The position numbers and the translations under genes are program-made. The notes under the pieces were generated by a model. The model did no database searches. It was not told the origin of the DNA and saw only the letters and a list, made by a program, of their open reading frames with translations. A stretch of 44,585 bases of DNA, from IMG/VR virus record IMGVR_UViG_3300030330_005615, positions 1 to 44,585 of that record, one strand, 5' to 3'. Below, in pieces: positions 1-8,724 of this stretch; the first letter of the stretch is position 1, and each line of letters begins with the position of its first letter. The stretch is from a virus (lineage: Duplodnaviria > Caudoviricetes).

Positions 1-1
1 C

Positions 2-99
2 AGGTATTATCAAACACAAGAAACATGGAAACACCTATACAACACCTTTCAGTGCTGAATCATTGGATTCGGTGCAACACGATCGGACCCGCATCGCTT
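2..99 (+). repeat. 98-bp terminal direct repeat, left copy (circular assembly overlap)
   Basis: nt 2-99 identical to 44488-44585; nt 1 (C) differs from 44487 (T). Confidence 0.95.
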
Positions 100-108
100 C
101 AGTGTAAC

Positions 109-723
109 CTAGTCACAACGGACGCTAAACATCTCATCAAATTGGCCAGGTTTTGATCGCGCTTCTTCTCTTTCTTGAATGCATCGATCTTTGAGGCCCA
201 AAATACAATATGCATTTTGCGAATAATAGCTTTGCTCAAACCTATATATTGATGGCGCAATGTGCTTTGTTTTGTCTGTCTGTGGAAGCTCTTCGAAACC
301 TTTTCTAATCCAATAAGCGTGAAGCACAGAACTCTCGCACTCTGCAATCGATGTCACCATACAACTTCCACCAAACACCTCACACGAAGCTTTGATAAAC
401 GGAACTCCGAGATTTCGTCCGCGATATGCCTTGTCAATATAGACATATTTGATATTTGCCCACATTAAATCATCACCCATGGGCAAGCCTTCATGTTGAA
501 GCTTGTCTGTGAGACGTAGTGCAGAAGCGCTTGAATCGATGTTTACACCATACTCTAATGCAAGCTCGTCTAAATCATGTTCGTCATCGATGCGACAGAA
601 TACATCGAGAATAAGCACCCCAACCGGCTTATTTGTTTGTTTATCAATCAGCACGGTTTCGTGCTTCCACTGGCTTCGGGCTACCTTAAAGCCCATGTCA
701 TACAGTTTATATAGGTTATGCAT
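109..723 (-). CDS. GNAT-family acetyltransferase-like protein
   Basis: Motif-A-like YVYIDKAYRGRNLG and the later YWIRKGF motif; ATG 723 follows AAGGGG (ORF track extends to 759). Confidence 0.65.
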   Translation of the reverse strand: MHNLYKLYDMGFKVARSQWKHETVLIDKQTNKPVGVLILDVFCRIDDEHDLDELALEYGVNIDSSASALRLTDKLQHEGLPMGDDLMWANIKYVYIDKAYRGRNLGVPFIKASCEVFGGSCMVTSIAECESSVLHAYWIRKGFEELPQTDKTKHIAPSIYRFEQSYYSQNAYCILGLKDRCIQEREEARSKPGQFDEMFSVRCD

Positions 724-819
724 TTTGTTTCCCCTTCGATTTCTAACGAACTCCGACACTTGTTAATTACTCGCTGTTGATTCTTACGATCTCCCTTGAA
801 GCGGTCGCCCCTACCGCGA

Positions 820-1128
820 TTACTTCAACAACTCGATTATTGCTTTTATCACCTCGGCTTTTGTCTTAACTCGACTCGCCTCTGCTATTCTGTGAACGAT
901 GTCATAGGCCGAGGCGCCGCCGGTTGATGGTCGACCCGTAGCCGGCCTCTCCCCTGTGTACCGGTCCGGGTCCTCTAAGGCGCGCAGAACCGTCCTGTGA
1001 TGCGCTCCAAGGGCGGACGCTATCTCGCGTATTGATGTTGCCCCGAAAGCCCTTGATATGAGCTGCATCACCTCATCCTTTACAGCTTTGTTTTCTTTAA
1101 GATTGGCGTCTATTTCTTCTCTGTTCAT
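820..1128 (-). CDS. Small helix-turn-helix DNA-binding protein
   Basis: SIREIASALGAHHRTVLRAL is an HTH-like segment. Confidence 0.65.
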   Translation of the reverse strand: MNREEIDANLKENKAVKDEVMQLISRAFGATSIREIASALGAHHRTVLRALEDPDRYTGERPATGRPSTGGASAYDIVHRIAEASRVKTKAEVIKAIIELLK

Positions 1129-1139
1129 TTTGCGTCAAC

Positions 1140-1409
1140 CTATTCCTCTACTTTGACCTTTAAAACGTCCGCGATGATTTGAGCATGCGCTGTACTTCGA
1201 CCATCAACTTGCAACCCTGCCCTTAAGAAATTTTGGTGCACCCTCTTACGTTTTGAATATGACGCATCTCTCAAATAAAACTTATATGCAGAATGCCAGA
1301 AATACCCCGCGCCCATGTAGTGCTCAGTACCAATAAAGGATTTATCGAGCTTGTAAATAGCCTGGGTTGCCTCCCAAGTTGCAGTCTCTAGGTTGATTGA
1401 GTTTTTCAT
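1140..1409 (-). CDS. Hypothetical protein (89 aa)
   Basis: ATG ORF closely packed in the same operon. Confidence 0.7.
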   Translation of the reverse strand: MKNSINLETATWEATQAIYKLDKSFIGTEHYMGAGYFWHSAYKFYLRDASYSKRKRVHQNFLRAGLQVDGRSTAHAQIIADVLKVKVEE

Positions 1410-1431
1410 GTGTTTTCCAATTCAGTAAAGC

Positions 1432-1457
1432 GGGCGCTAGCTCCGACACTAGCGCCC
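1432..1457 (-). terminator. Intergenic GC-rich hairpin (weak terminator or processing site)
   Basis: GGGCGCTAG-N8-CTAGCGCCC, followed only by a short T run on the minus strand. Confidence 0.4.
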
Positions 1458-1467
1458 CATTAAAGCC

Positions 1468-1797
1468 CTAACGGATGTCTAAGTTCGAGGTATTGGTATA
1501 TAGCTTGTACCCTTTCCTCTTCTCACCTCTAGCCGCCCATATCACACCGTTTTTGTCCACTACGGTATCTACTTCATACACGTCAAAGTCTGTCACGAAG
1601 TCACCCCATGTACTGAGCCATCGTCGGTTGTTTTTTGTCTTTAGAAGCACACGGTGACCCGTGTTGATGAATTCTCCATACACAAAACCAGCGCGTGTCA
1701 ATGTATCGTCGCATGTATCGTCCTCCAACATGAAGGAGGGGAGAATCTGTACAGAGGCACCGTCTGAGGTTGCTTTGTTGGTTAAGTAGAATCTCAT
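1468..1797 (-). CDS. Hypothetical protein (109 aa)
   Basis: ATG preceded by AAAGGGA; first gene after the promoter at 1845-1873. Confidence 0.75.
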   Translation of the reverse strand: MRFYLTNKATSDGASVQILPSFMLEDDTCDDTLTRAGFVYGEFINTGHRVLLKTKNNRRWLSTWGDFVTDFDVYEVDTVVDKNGVIWAARGEKRKGYKLYTNTSNLDIR

Positions 1798-1844
1798 TGT
1801 TTATCCCTTTCATTTCGTAAGGTGTCCGACCACCTTATGAATCA

Positions 1845-1873
1845 ACTATAGTGCCACTGTTCGGCACAATCAA
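1845..1873 (-). promoter_or_regulatory. Sigma70-type promoter with an inverted repeat filling the spacer
   Basis: Minus strand TTGATT-17nt-TATAGT; the spacer is GTGCC-N7-GGCAC. Confidence 0.75.
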
Positions 1874-1891
1874 GGGTTATTTGCACAAAAC

Positions 1892-1910
1892 TTGATCTTT
1901 TTTTGATCAA
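1892..1910. promoter_or_regulatory. Variant paired-GATC box (7-nt spacer)
   Basis: TTGATC-TTTTTTT-GATCAA in intergenic DNA. Confidence 0.5.
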
Positions 1911-1923
1911 TTTAATGATTTCT

Positions 1924-2634
1924 CTACTTTACACGTTGGAAGTGATGCGGGTCTGGAGTGCGCCATCTGCCACCCCATACCCAGCCCCTAGACTCAAACG
2001 CCGCCACAAATTGTGGATGGTCGTATATTGGGCCAGTCTTCGAGCCGTATGGTTGAAGGTGCCAATCAATATCGAACGCTACGCCCCAAGAATGACACGA
2101 TAGGGGTTTGTCTGGGTCGGCACTCCAATTGATTCGCCTTGGTACCCATGACCACATTTTCTCGGGTAGATACCCGCTGTTTTTAACCGCCTCGGTGTAC
2201 GCTTCTTTGAACTCTTCAATAATGAGGTGATGCATGGGCGTACGCTGCCCAAACTCCGGTAATAGGCATTGTTTGATGTTACGCTTGACCCACGACTTCT
2301 CAATGATGATAGCGCCTTTCATCGTCGGGTGAGTCTCAAAGTTAAACGACCCGTAGACGGCCTCGATATTTTTTCTGGTGGGGACCGGCATCAAGTCAGG
2401 CCTCACAATTTTTCGTCGGCCCCCGCGAATCTTTCGATCTTTTTTGATCAATCCAAGCTCGCTCTCGATGTGCGTAATCGTCTTTGGACCTGCTAGGCCG
2501 TCGACCTCTAGCCCCGCCTCTGATTGAATCGCTCTAGCGCCCTGCCTCACTAGCTCGCACAACACCGGCTCATCGTATACCCCTGCAGCGAGTTGCCGGG
2601 CCGCCCAATCTCGCTCAAACTTTCCACGGTCCAT
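1924..2634 (-). CDS. Endolysin: peptidoglycan-binding domain plus M15-family zinc peptidase
   Basis: GLEVDGLAGPKT (PG-binding type); SCHSWGVAFDID and WGGRW..PDPHHFQ (M15 motifs). Confidence 0.88.
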   Translation of the reverse strand: MDRGKFERDWAARQLAAGVYDEPVLCELVRQGARAIQSEAGLEVDGLAGPKTITHIESELGLIKKDRKIRGGRRKIVRPDLMPVPTRKNIEAVYGSFNFETHPTMKGAIIIEKSWVKRNIKQCLLPEFGQRTPMHHLIIEEFKEAYTEAVKNSGYLPEKMWSWVPRRINWSADPDKPLSCHSWGVAFDIDWHLQPYGSKTGPIYDHPQFVAAFESRGWVWGGRWRTPDPHHFQRVK

Positions 2635-2643
2635 GTTTACTCT

Positions 2644-3945
2644 CTATCTGCTGGAGTCATCGCTCAAAGTGAAGTCAATGTCCTGGTGTACGTCTTTAGA
2701 CTCTTCATAGGCTTCTAGCCTTGACTGCTCATCTGTAGGGTTCAACCTCACAAGCAGGCGCCCGCCTTGCCTCTTGTAGTAGATTACATCGGGGTCCTCT
2801 GCTCCGGCTGTATGGCTTAACGTGTAGCGCTCCCACGCCCTCGGTTCTAAGTAGTTAATGTGCCGGCGTGTATCGACGCCTCCACAGCCGTCTCGTTCGT
2901 GTCTTGGCCGGTCCGCGTCTCCGAAGCTTGGGTATAGCGTTAACGCGCGCCGTGAATGCGTCCACCATCGCCGAACGTGGGTCTCCTGGTCTAGCGCCGC
3001 GCCTTGTGCCGGACCGTCGAGCCTGAGGGTTAGGCGCCAACCTCTAAGAACTGGCAGCCCCGAGGAAACAATGGAGCCGTCTGTCATCATCTGCCGGGTC
3101 TCCCTCATCTGTGTTTCACGTCGGAGATTGACGTATCCCTTACGCGACACCAAAACACAGTGAGCCGGGTTTCTCGTGGTTAAATTCTTTCGGCCACCGT
3201 AGGCAGAGACCGCCGTTTCGAGACCATCGCCGCCTAGTCGATACCACAGGTCCGTACCTTTAGGCTCAAACCCAAACCCCGAGTTCTCGTAATAGTTAAC
3301 CGTGACCCGTCCATCCGGCTCTACAATCCAGCGTGCGCTTGCCTGGCTGTCGAAGTCCTCGAGGGTCTTACCGCTCCAGACATCATCGGCATCACCAACG
3401 GCCCCCCGCTCCCTCAAAAACGTGGGCAGGCTCTGCACTCTGGGTAGCTCCCATAGAATCGACTCCATGACATCGCCCTGGGCTGCATGCCTGGTAACCG
3501 ACATACCCGACGCCAATTGAAACACCCCGCGCCTCCATGGATTGGTTGCCGTGACTCTGAAGTAGGTCACCCCAGCACGCACTGTGGACGTTGCTCTTGT
3601 GTCTACCCGGTTGAATCCGAGGTCCGACCAATCATTCGCCTGCAGACTTAACGTAAAATCTTCTCTGGTCTCGACATAGAACTTGTCTGCGCTATCAATC
3701 CCGAACGTGATTGGATGCGCACCTCCCCAGGTCGCCGCCGCCAGGTCTTCCATGGTTTGACCGTTTCGGCTTCCATAGCCGTTTAAAAACGCGATTAAAT
3801 CCCAGTAGCGCCCCGCCGTTGCAGGGATCGAGCTTACTGTAAATACGCCGTTTTCCGTCCTGTTGAACACCTCCCCGACATAGGGCGACGCATCGAACTC
3901 GCCCAAAAGCGCCGGTAGTGGCCTACGTAGTCTGGTGTCTGGCAT
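2644..3945 (-). CDS. Putative minor/distal tail protein
   Basis: 433 aa ORF immediately downstream of the tape measure gene; positional call. Confidence 0.55.
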   Translation of the reverse strand: MPDTRLRRPLPALLGEFDASPYVGEVFNRTENGVFTVSSIPATAGRYWDLIAFLNGYGSRNGQTMEDLAAATWGGAHPITFGIDSADKFYVETREDFTLSLQANDWSDLGFNRVDTRATSTVRAGVTYFRVTATNPWRRGVFQLASGMSVTRHAAQGDVMESILWELPRVQSLPTFLRERGAVGDADDVWSGKTLEDFDSQASARWIVEPDGRVTVNYYENSGFGFEPKGTDLWYRLGGDGLETAVSAYGGRKNLTTRNPAHCVLVSRKGYVNLRRETQMRETRQMMTDGSIVSSGLPVLRGWRLTLRLDGPAQGAALDQETHVRRWWTHSRRALTLYPSFGDADRPRHERDGCGGVDTRRHINYLEPRAWERYTLSHTAGAEDPDVIYYKRQGGRLLVRLNPTDEQSRLEAYEESKDVHQDIDFTLSDDSSR

Positions 3946-3946
3946 T

Positions 3947-6900
3947 TTACGATCTCCGAATTACGCGCTGTGGTAGTCTTGCGGTCCCCTGAAGGTTTGC
4001 TCGCTGTCTGAGTTCTTTCGCGACATCACGAGCAATCAACCTGCCCATCTCTGAGGCGCCGTCTCGTGAAAGCATTGAAGGGATTGATGACAGGTGAATG
4101 TCTCCGAATGATATAGCCGCCCGCTGCTCTCTTGCCTGTAGAGGTGCCGACGCTTGCCCCGTTACCGGCGCTGCCGGTGATGCTGCCGGTGATGCTGTAG
4201 CACCGCCGCCGCCGCCCCCACCGCCTATCCCGAACGATGTAGCAGCCTGCACAGTGCTGGAGGTGGCCGCCACAAAATGTGAGGCCGCTGCTATCTTATG
4301 AGCCGTTGCGAGTGCTGGGTTAGGAATAAAACCGAACTGGGGTAAGCCTGCCGCCGCTGATGCTGCATTCGCCAGCTCGCCGAACCCTGACGCCGTGTGA
4401 AACGCTGCCCGCGAGAGCAAAATCATGCCCTCCAGCTTCCCGATCACACCTTCGCTCGCCCCTACTGCCTGGCCTAGTGCCTTCACACTACCGAATAGCG
4501 AGCCCATAGAGTCGGCTACTTTGCCCGCTGTGTCTGCTTCCATGCGCTCTCTCTGCGCTTGAAAATTCTTCTGGATTGCGAGCCTTCGCCGCTTCTGTTC
4601 TTTTTCGATGTCCTCTAGGTCTAAGCCTAGCTTGCGTGCACGCTCTAGCTCTGCCTGGTCTGCAAGCGCTTGCTGCTCCTGTTGGCCGACAAACTCTAGC
4701 TCTCTGGCCCTGTCGACGTCACCGCGCGAAATCGCCCTGCCCAAGGAAGACCTTAGTTGAAGACTAAACCGCTCTTGGCTGTCCGTCTTTGCTTTGTCAG
4801 CTTTGTCTTTTGCGATTTGTCGCTCTAGGTTTTCTCGCTCTTTCGCCTGTGCCTTGAATAAAAGATTGAGGTCTATTCCTGCCTTGACTGCCGCTTGGTA
4901 TTCTCGATCGTGTCGGTTGTTCTGCGCGATAAGTTTTCGAGTGTTGGCGTCCTCGATGGCTGCCACTTCCGCATCCTCTCGCCTTCGGACTAGCTCAAGG
5001 TTTCTCCGTGCTATGCTTTCCTGACGTCTTTGCGCCTTCGCCGCTGCTCGTCTCGCTATCGCCTCAGCTTTTTTGTTCCTGCTTTCCGCCGCCTTTTTTC
5101 GTCGGTCTGCGACAAGTTCGGCCAGGTCAAGATCGCGTTTTAGTAGCGCTTTCTCTGCTGCCTTGTTTGCGCGATCCATTATGTTAATGTTTGCTTGTTC
5201 AAGGTCTCCGAGTTCGTTTTCTGCTGCCTTGACTGCTGCCTCTGCCCGAAGAAATCCGCTGTTACGGACACCTCGCTGTTGTGCTCTTCTTCTGGCCTCG
5301 CGCAACGCCGGCAAGCGGGATTCGGTCTTTTCGCTCAATCTTTCTCTTATTTCTACTTCTCGTTCGACCTCTGCCTGTAGTTTTTCGATCCGTTCATCCA
5401 GGTCGCCCGTTTGGCGCTGGAGAAATTCTTCTGGAGTTTGAACGGCCGACTTCATGCCACCCCGGCCCAATCCTAGCGCCTCGCCGCGTTTAATTCTTTG
5501 AACATCGCGCTCTCTTTCTTCTGGCGACGAATAGCCCCTGGCAAGTGCAGCCTGTTTTAGGGAGGCAGCAATATCGCGCTGTACGCGCCTCACGTCCTCA
5601 TCGATCGAATCGAACAAGCTCGACTTGATAACGTCATAAATGACCAGACCAGCAGACGCGATCAAACCAAGGCCGGGTAACGCCCTCAAGCCCCCCGCAA
5701 ATCGACTCACAAAACTAGCGCCGCCCGTTGCCCCCATGACGCCCAAGCTCTTGTTTGCCTGGCCCACTGCAGCCGTGAAAGAGTTCACCACCTGAAAGGC
5801 AAAAATACTCTTAACTAGGGTGACTATATTATCCCCGTTGGTAACGAGAAACCGACCCAGCGAGACCACCGCGTCTGCCACCTCTTTGAAGGTGCCTACA
5901 ATCTCTGTTCTGTTGTCGTTGAGATAATCTCCTAACTCTTGCATGACTTTATTTAGGTGTGGGAGCACCGCCTCTCCTAAGTCTCTCAATACAGACTCGG
6001 ACAAGCTTTTGAACTGGTCTCTTGCTGCCTGGGCATCGCCGGCAACCTTTCTCTGGGCCTTGCCTAATCCATCGGTTTCTGTGCGCACCTCTTCAAGGAA
6101 GCCCGTCAACTCTTCATAGTTCGTGCCCTCTAAGATGCCAAGCAAACCCTGCCTGGCTCGCTGATTCCCGCTCAGATTGTTAAGCGCAGCCGCGGAGCCT
6201 TGGGTCTTTTCTCTAAGGTCTGCCAGCACCGCAGCTAGACCCTTGGCACGTATCGCAGAGACCCCATACTCGACACCTATGGCCTTTAGTGCGTCTTGAT
6301 TCTTTTTTGTCGCACCCGTGACCACGTTCATTAGGGCATTCGTTCTGGTTATCGCCTCTGAGAAGTTCACACCTAGCGTCTTTGTTAGGGTGCCGGCGAT
6401 GGCCAGAAGCTCCTCAAGCTTCACTCCGTAAGAGCTGACAGCTAAGCCTTGACCCAGCGATGCATTAAGTTCGTTGAAGTTAGTTGCTGCCAATTTAACC
6501 GTCGTAAAAATCTTCGAACCAATTGACGCGACGGTCTCACCTTTTGTGCCAAAAGCCCCGAGCGACTTGAGCAACGAATCCGACGCCGTTACAAGGTCGG
6601 TATTGCCCGCCGTGGCTGCCTGTGAAGCTGTGCGGAGAAACGAGATAAGATCGGCCTCTGAGATACCCCTGGATAGTGCGTTATAGGCGCTTCTAACAAT
6701 TTCTATCTGCGTCTGGGGCGTCTGAGATGCAAGGTCCAAAAGGTTTTTACGTGTTGACTCGGTGACATCATCTGACAAGGTACGTACGAGGTTGAACTCA
6801 CGTTCGAACGTCGTTGCTAGGTTAATCGGCTGACTAAGCGCCCGCATCGCCGCGCCTGCCACCCTCATACCTGTTTCGAATGTCTGCGCTGCCCCACCAA

Positions 6901-7342
6901 ACGCGACAAGCTTAGCCTGTAGGCGCGATAGGCTACCCACTGCTACGTCGGCAGACTTGGCAGCCTTTTCATTAGCCCTCTTTTGAATCTCAGCGTCTCG
7001 TGTGACTTGCCGGTTGATGAGGTTTGAGCGCTCTTGTGCTTGCGCCTTACGTAGCTTGTTAAGGTTGGCGCCGTGCCTTTTTGCCCGCCTCATCTCTTCA
7101 ACGTGTCGCGCCCTCAAAAACGCTAGCTCGCGTTTGTTTCGATCTTTGATGGCTGCGATACGCGCCGCTGTGAGTTTTCGCTGTATCCGGTCATCCTCAG
7201 ACGCTTGACGCTTGAGTGCATCACTCTGGCCGTCTGCCGCATCCTCAGCTGCTTTATTGACCTTGGCATAGCCTGAGATGACACCATCGGCACCCTCTAG
7301 CCGTATCTCGATCACCTCTTCTGAGATCTTATTGATTGCCAT
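3947..7342 (-). CDS. Tail tape measure protein
   Basis: 1131 aa, Ala-rich and helical, with a TP901-like core (FEREFNLVRTL...); follows tail tube and chaperone genes. Confidence 0.92.
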   Translation of the reverse strand: MAINKISEEVIEIRLEGADGVISGYAKVNKAAEDAADGQSDALKRQASEDDRIQRKLTAARIAAIKDRNKRELAFLRARHVEEMRRAKRHGANLNKLRKAQAQERSNLINRQVTRDAEIQKRANEKAAKSADVAVGSLSRLQAKLVAFGGAAQTFETGMRVAGAAMRALSQPINLATTFEREFNLVRTLSDDVTESTRKNLLDLASQTPQTQIEIVRSAYNALSRGISEADLISFLRTASQAATAGNTDLVTASDSLLKSLGAFGTKGETVASIGSKIFTTVKLAATNFNELNASLGQGLAVSSYGVKLEELLAIAGTLTKTLGVNFSEAITRTNALMNVVTGATKKNQDALKAIGVEYGVSAIRAKGLAAVLADLREKTQGSAAALNNLSGNQRARQGLLGILEGTNYEELTGFLEEVRTETDGLGKAQRKVAGDAQAARDQFKSLSESVLRDLGEAVLPHLNKVMQELGDYLNDNRTEIVGTFKEVADAVVSLGRFLVTNGDNIVTLVKSIFAFQVVNSFTAAVGQANKSLGVMGATGGASFVSRFAGGLRALPGLGLIASAGLVIYDVIKSSLFDSIDEDVRRVQRDIAASLKQAALARGYSSPEERERDVQRIKRGEALGLGRGGMKSAVQTPEEFLQRQTGDLDERIEKLQAEVEREVEIRERLSEKTESRLPALREARRRAQQRGVRNSGFLRAEAAVKAAENELGDLEQANINIMDRANKAAEKALLKRDLDLAELVADRRKKAAESRNKKAEAIARRAAAKAQRRQESIARRNLELVRRREDAEVAAIEDANTRKLIAQNNRHDREYQAAVKAGIDLNLLFKAQAKERENLERQIAKDKADKAKTDSQERFSLQLRSSLGRAISRGDVDRARELEFVGQQEQQALADQAELERARKLGLDLEDIEKEQKRRRLAIQKNFQAQRERMEADTAGKVADSMGSLFGSVKALGQAVGASEGVIGKLEGMILLSRAAFHTASGFGELANAASAAAGLPQFGFIPNPALATAHKIAAASHFVAATSSTVQAATSFGIGGGGGGGGATASPAASPAAPVTGQASAPLQAREQRAAISFGDIHLSSIPSMLSRDGASEMGRLIARDVAKELRQRANLQGTARLPQRVIRRS

Positions 7343-7345
7343 CCG

Positions 7346-7912
7346 TTACCATTCCTCATCGTGTTCCATACGATAGTTAGCCGCGTTTTCTGCCTCGGAC
7401 TTGAGGATGGAAACAACCTCGATCAATAACTCTGTCGGGTTGCCTGTTATCCACTTTTCGGGAAGCCCCGCGCTAATTGCTCTCGCTGTATCTGAGCACT
7501 CCGACAACCATCCCGGCGAAAAATGCGGTGAGCGATTATCTATCTGTACGAGCGGGCACCGCTGAACCTCATCGTGATCGAAAAATCCCGCCTCATCGGG
7601 CTCACCACGGAATAGTGCTGCCACTCGCTCTGGTAGGCCTACACCCAAGATCGAGTCAACTTTTACCACTGGCGGCAGGTCGATCAATCTCGCGTTGAAT
7701 CCACACCAGCTCACACGTCGCTCACTTTCACCCAAGTCACTACTGAAGCGCCCTCCGCACTTGCCTCGCTGCTCATGTAGACCAGGGATGGACGGCATAC
7801 GCCCGCCCTTGACGCATTGTGCACATTGCCATCCATCCCCGGCGCCTTGCCCCCGTTGCCTGATTCGCCTGTGCCATACGGCCAGAAAAGCTATCAGGCT
7901 TTCGGTTTTCCC
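7346..7912 (-). CDS. Tail assembly chaperone, -1 frameshift extension (gpT-like part of gpGT)
   Basis: The -1 frame is open from slippery G GGA AAA (7912-7906) into ORF 7798-7346. Confidence 0.8.
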   Translation of the reverse strand, partial: GKTESLIAFLAVWHRRIRQRGQGAGDGWQCAQCVKGGRMPSIPGLHEQRGKCGGRFSSDLGESERRVSWCGFNARLIDLPPVVKVDSILGVGLPERVAALFRGEPDEAGFFDHDEVQRCPLVQIDNRSPHFSPGWLSECSDTARAISAGLPEKWITGNPTELLIEVVSILKSEAENAANYRMEHDEEW

Positions 7913-8715
7913 AAGCGGCCAACCTGTCGACCGTGCCTTGCTAGCTCCGTTACAACCTCGGCAGACTCAACACATTCATCAATGAACAACTCAACCGGAT
8001 AGCCCGCCTCACTTCGTTCAAGATCGAATCCGTCGATTTTGCACACGGAGCGCCGAAATACCTCTATGTCGACTTTGTCCGCCCATTGCTCGTAATCTTC
8101 AACGGCTATCTGTTGTTCGATCGTTAGGCCGCTTATATGCTCTGCATATGCCAATCCGGAGTCATTCTGTGTGCGTGCTGCCTTTCTTGCGACGTCTAGC
8201 GCCTGAGCATTAAGCATTGCGCCCATTCTAGGCCGTGGCCCGGCTGCCTTTTCCGCCTCTCTTACTTGTTCACGCGACAACCCTTTGACAGTTGCCCACG
8301 TAGCGCCTTCAGGGTTGGCGTCAAGCAAGTCTTCTACGTTGGACGACTCGCGATACATCGCGACAACACCGTGCGCCCTCAGATAGGCTAGGCCCTGCCT
8401 CATGTCCTCAGACCGCATAGCTTCCGATAGCCGCTCTTGTGCTCCGTTATGTTGCTCCTCGGTAAGTACATCACCGAGCATTTTTCGTGCGCCGTCGCTT
8501 AGGCTCGATAGAACCCTGACAACCTCAGCATGTTCCCCGCTTGTAGCCCTTACGCACTTGATTACATCATCGATAAAGTCTTTCGAGTCCGTCGCCCCCT
8601 CTAGCTCTCGATCGACTTCTTTTCGTGCCGCTTCTATCTGCGCATTCCATACCGCAGAATCAGCGAGCAAAAGAACTCGGACGGGCTCTTGTGTAGTCGT
8701 TACCCTCTGGAGCAT
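7894..8715 (-). CDS. Tail assembly chaperone (gpG-like)
   Basis: Lies between tube and tape measure genes; ends ...LGKPKA over a slippery heptamer. Confidence 0.8.
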   Translation of the reverse strand: MLQRVTTTQEPVRVLLLADSAVWNAQIEAARKEVDRELEGATDSKDFIDDVIKCVRATSGEHAEVVRVLSSLSDGARKMLGDVLTEEQHNGAQERLSEAMRSEDMRQGLAYLRAHGVVAMYRESSNVEDLLDANPEGATWATVKGLSREQVREAEKAAGPRPRMGAMLNAQALDVARKAARTQNDSGLAYAEHISGLTIEQQIAVEDYEQWADKVDIEVFRRSVCKIDGFDLERSEAGYPVELFIDECVESAEVVTELARHGRQVGRLGKPKA

Positions 8716-8724
8716 GCTTCACCC

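Noticed and set aside
2-99. Biological terminal repeat of the virion DNA
   Set aside because: 98 bp is typical of a k-mer assembly overlap, and it lies beside attP, a natural graph branch point
109-1128. Canonical GNAT-RHH toxin-antitoxin pair
   Set aside because: The upstream protein looks like an HTH rather than an RHH and is separated by about 100 nt; kept only as an alternative hypothesis
4169-4226. GCC/GCTGCCGGTGAT microrepeats
   Set aside because: They simply encode a Gly/Ala/Pro linker in the tape measure C-terminus
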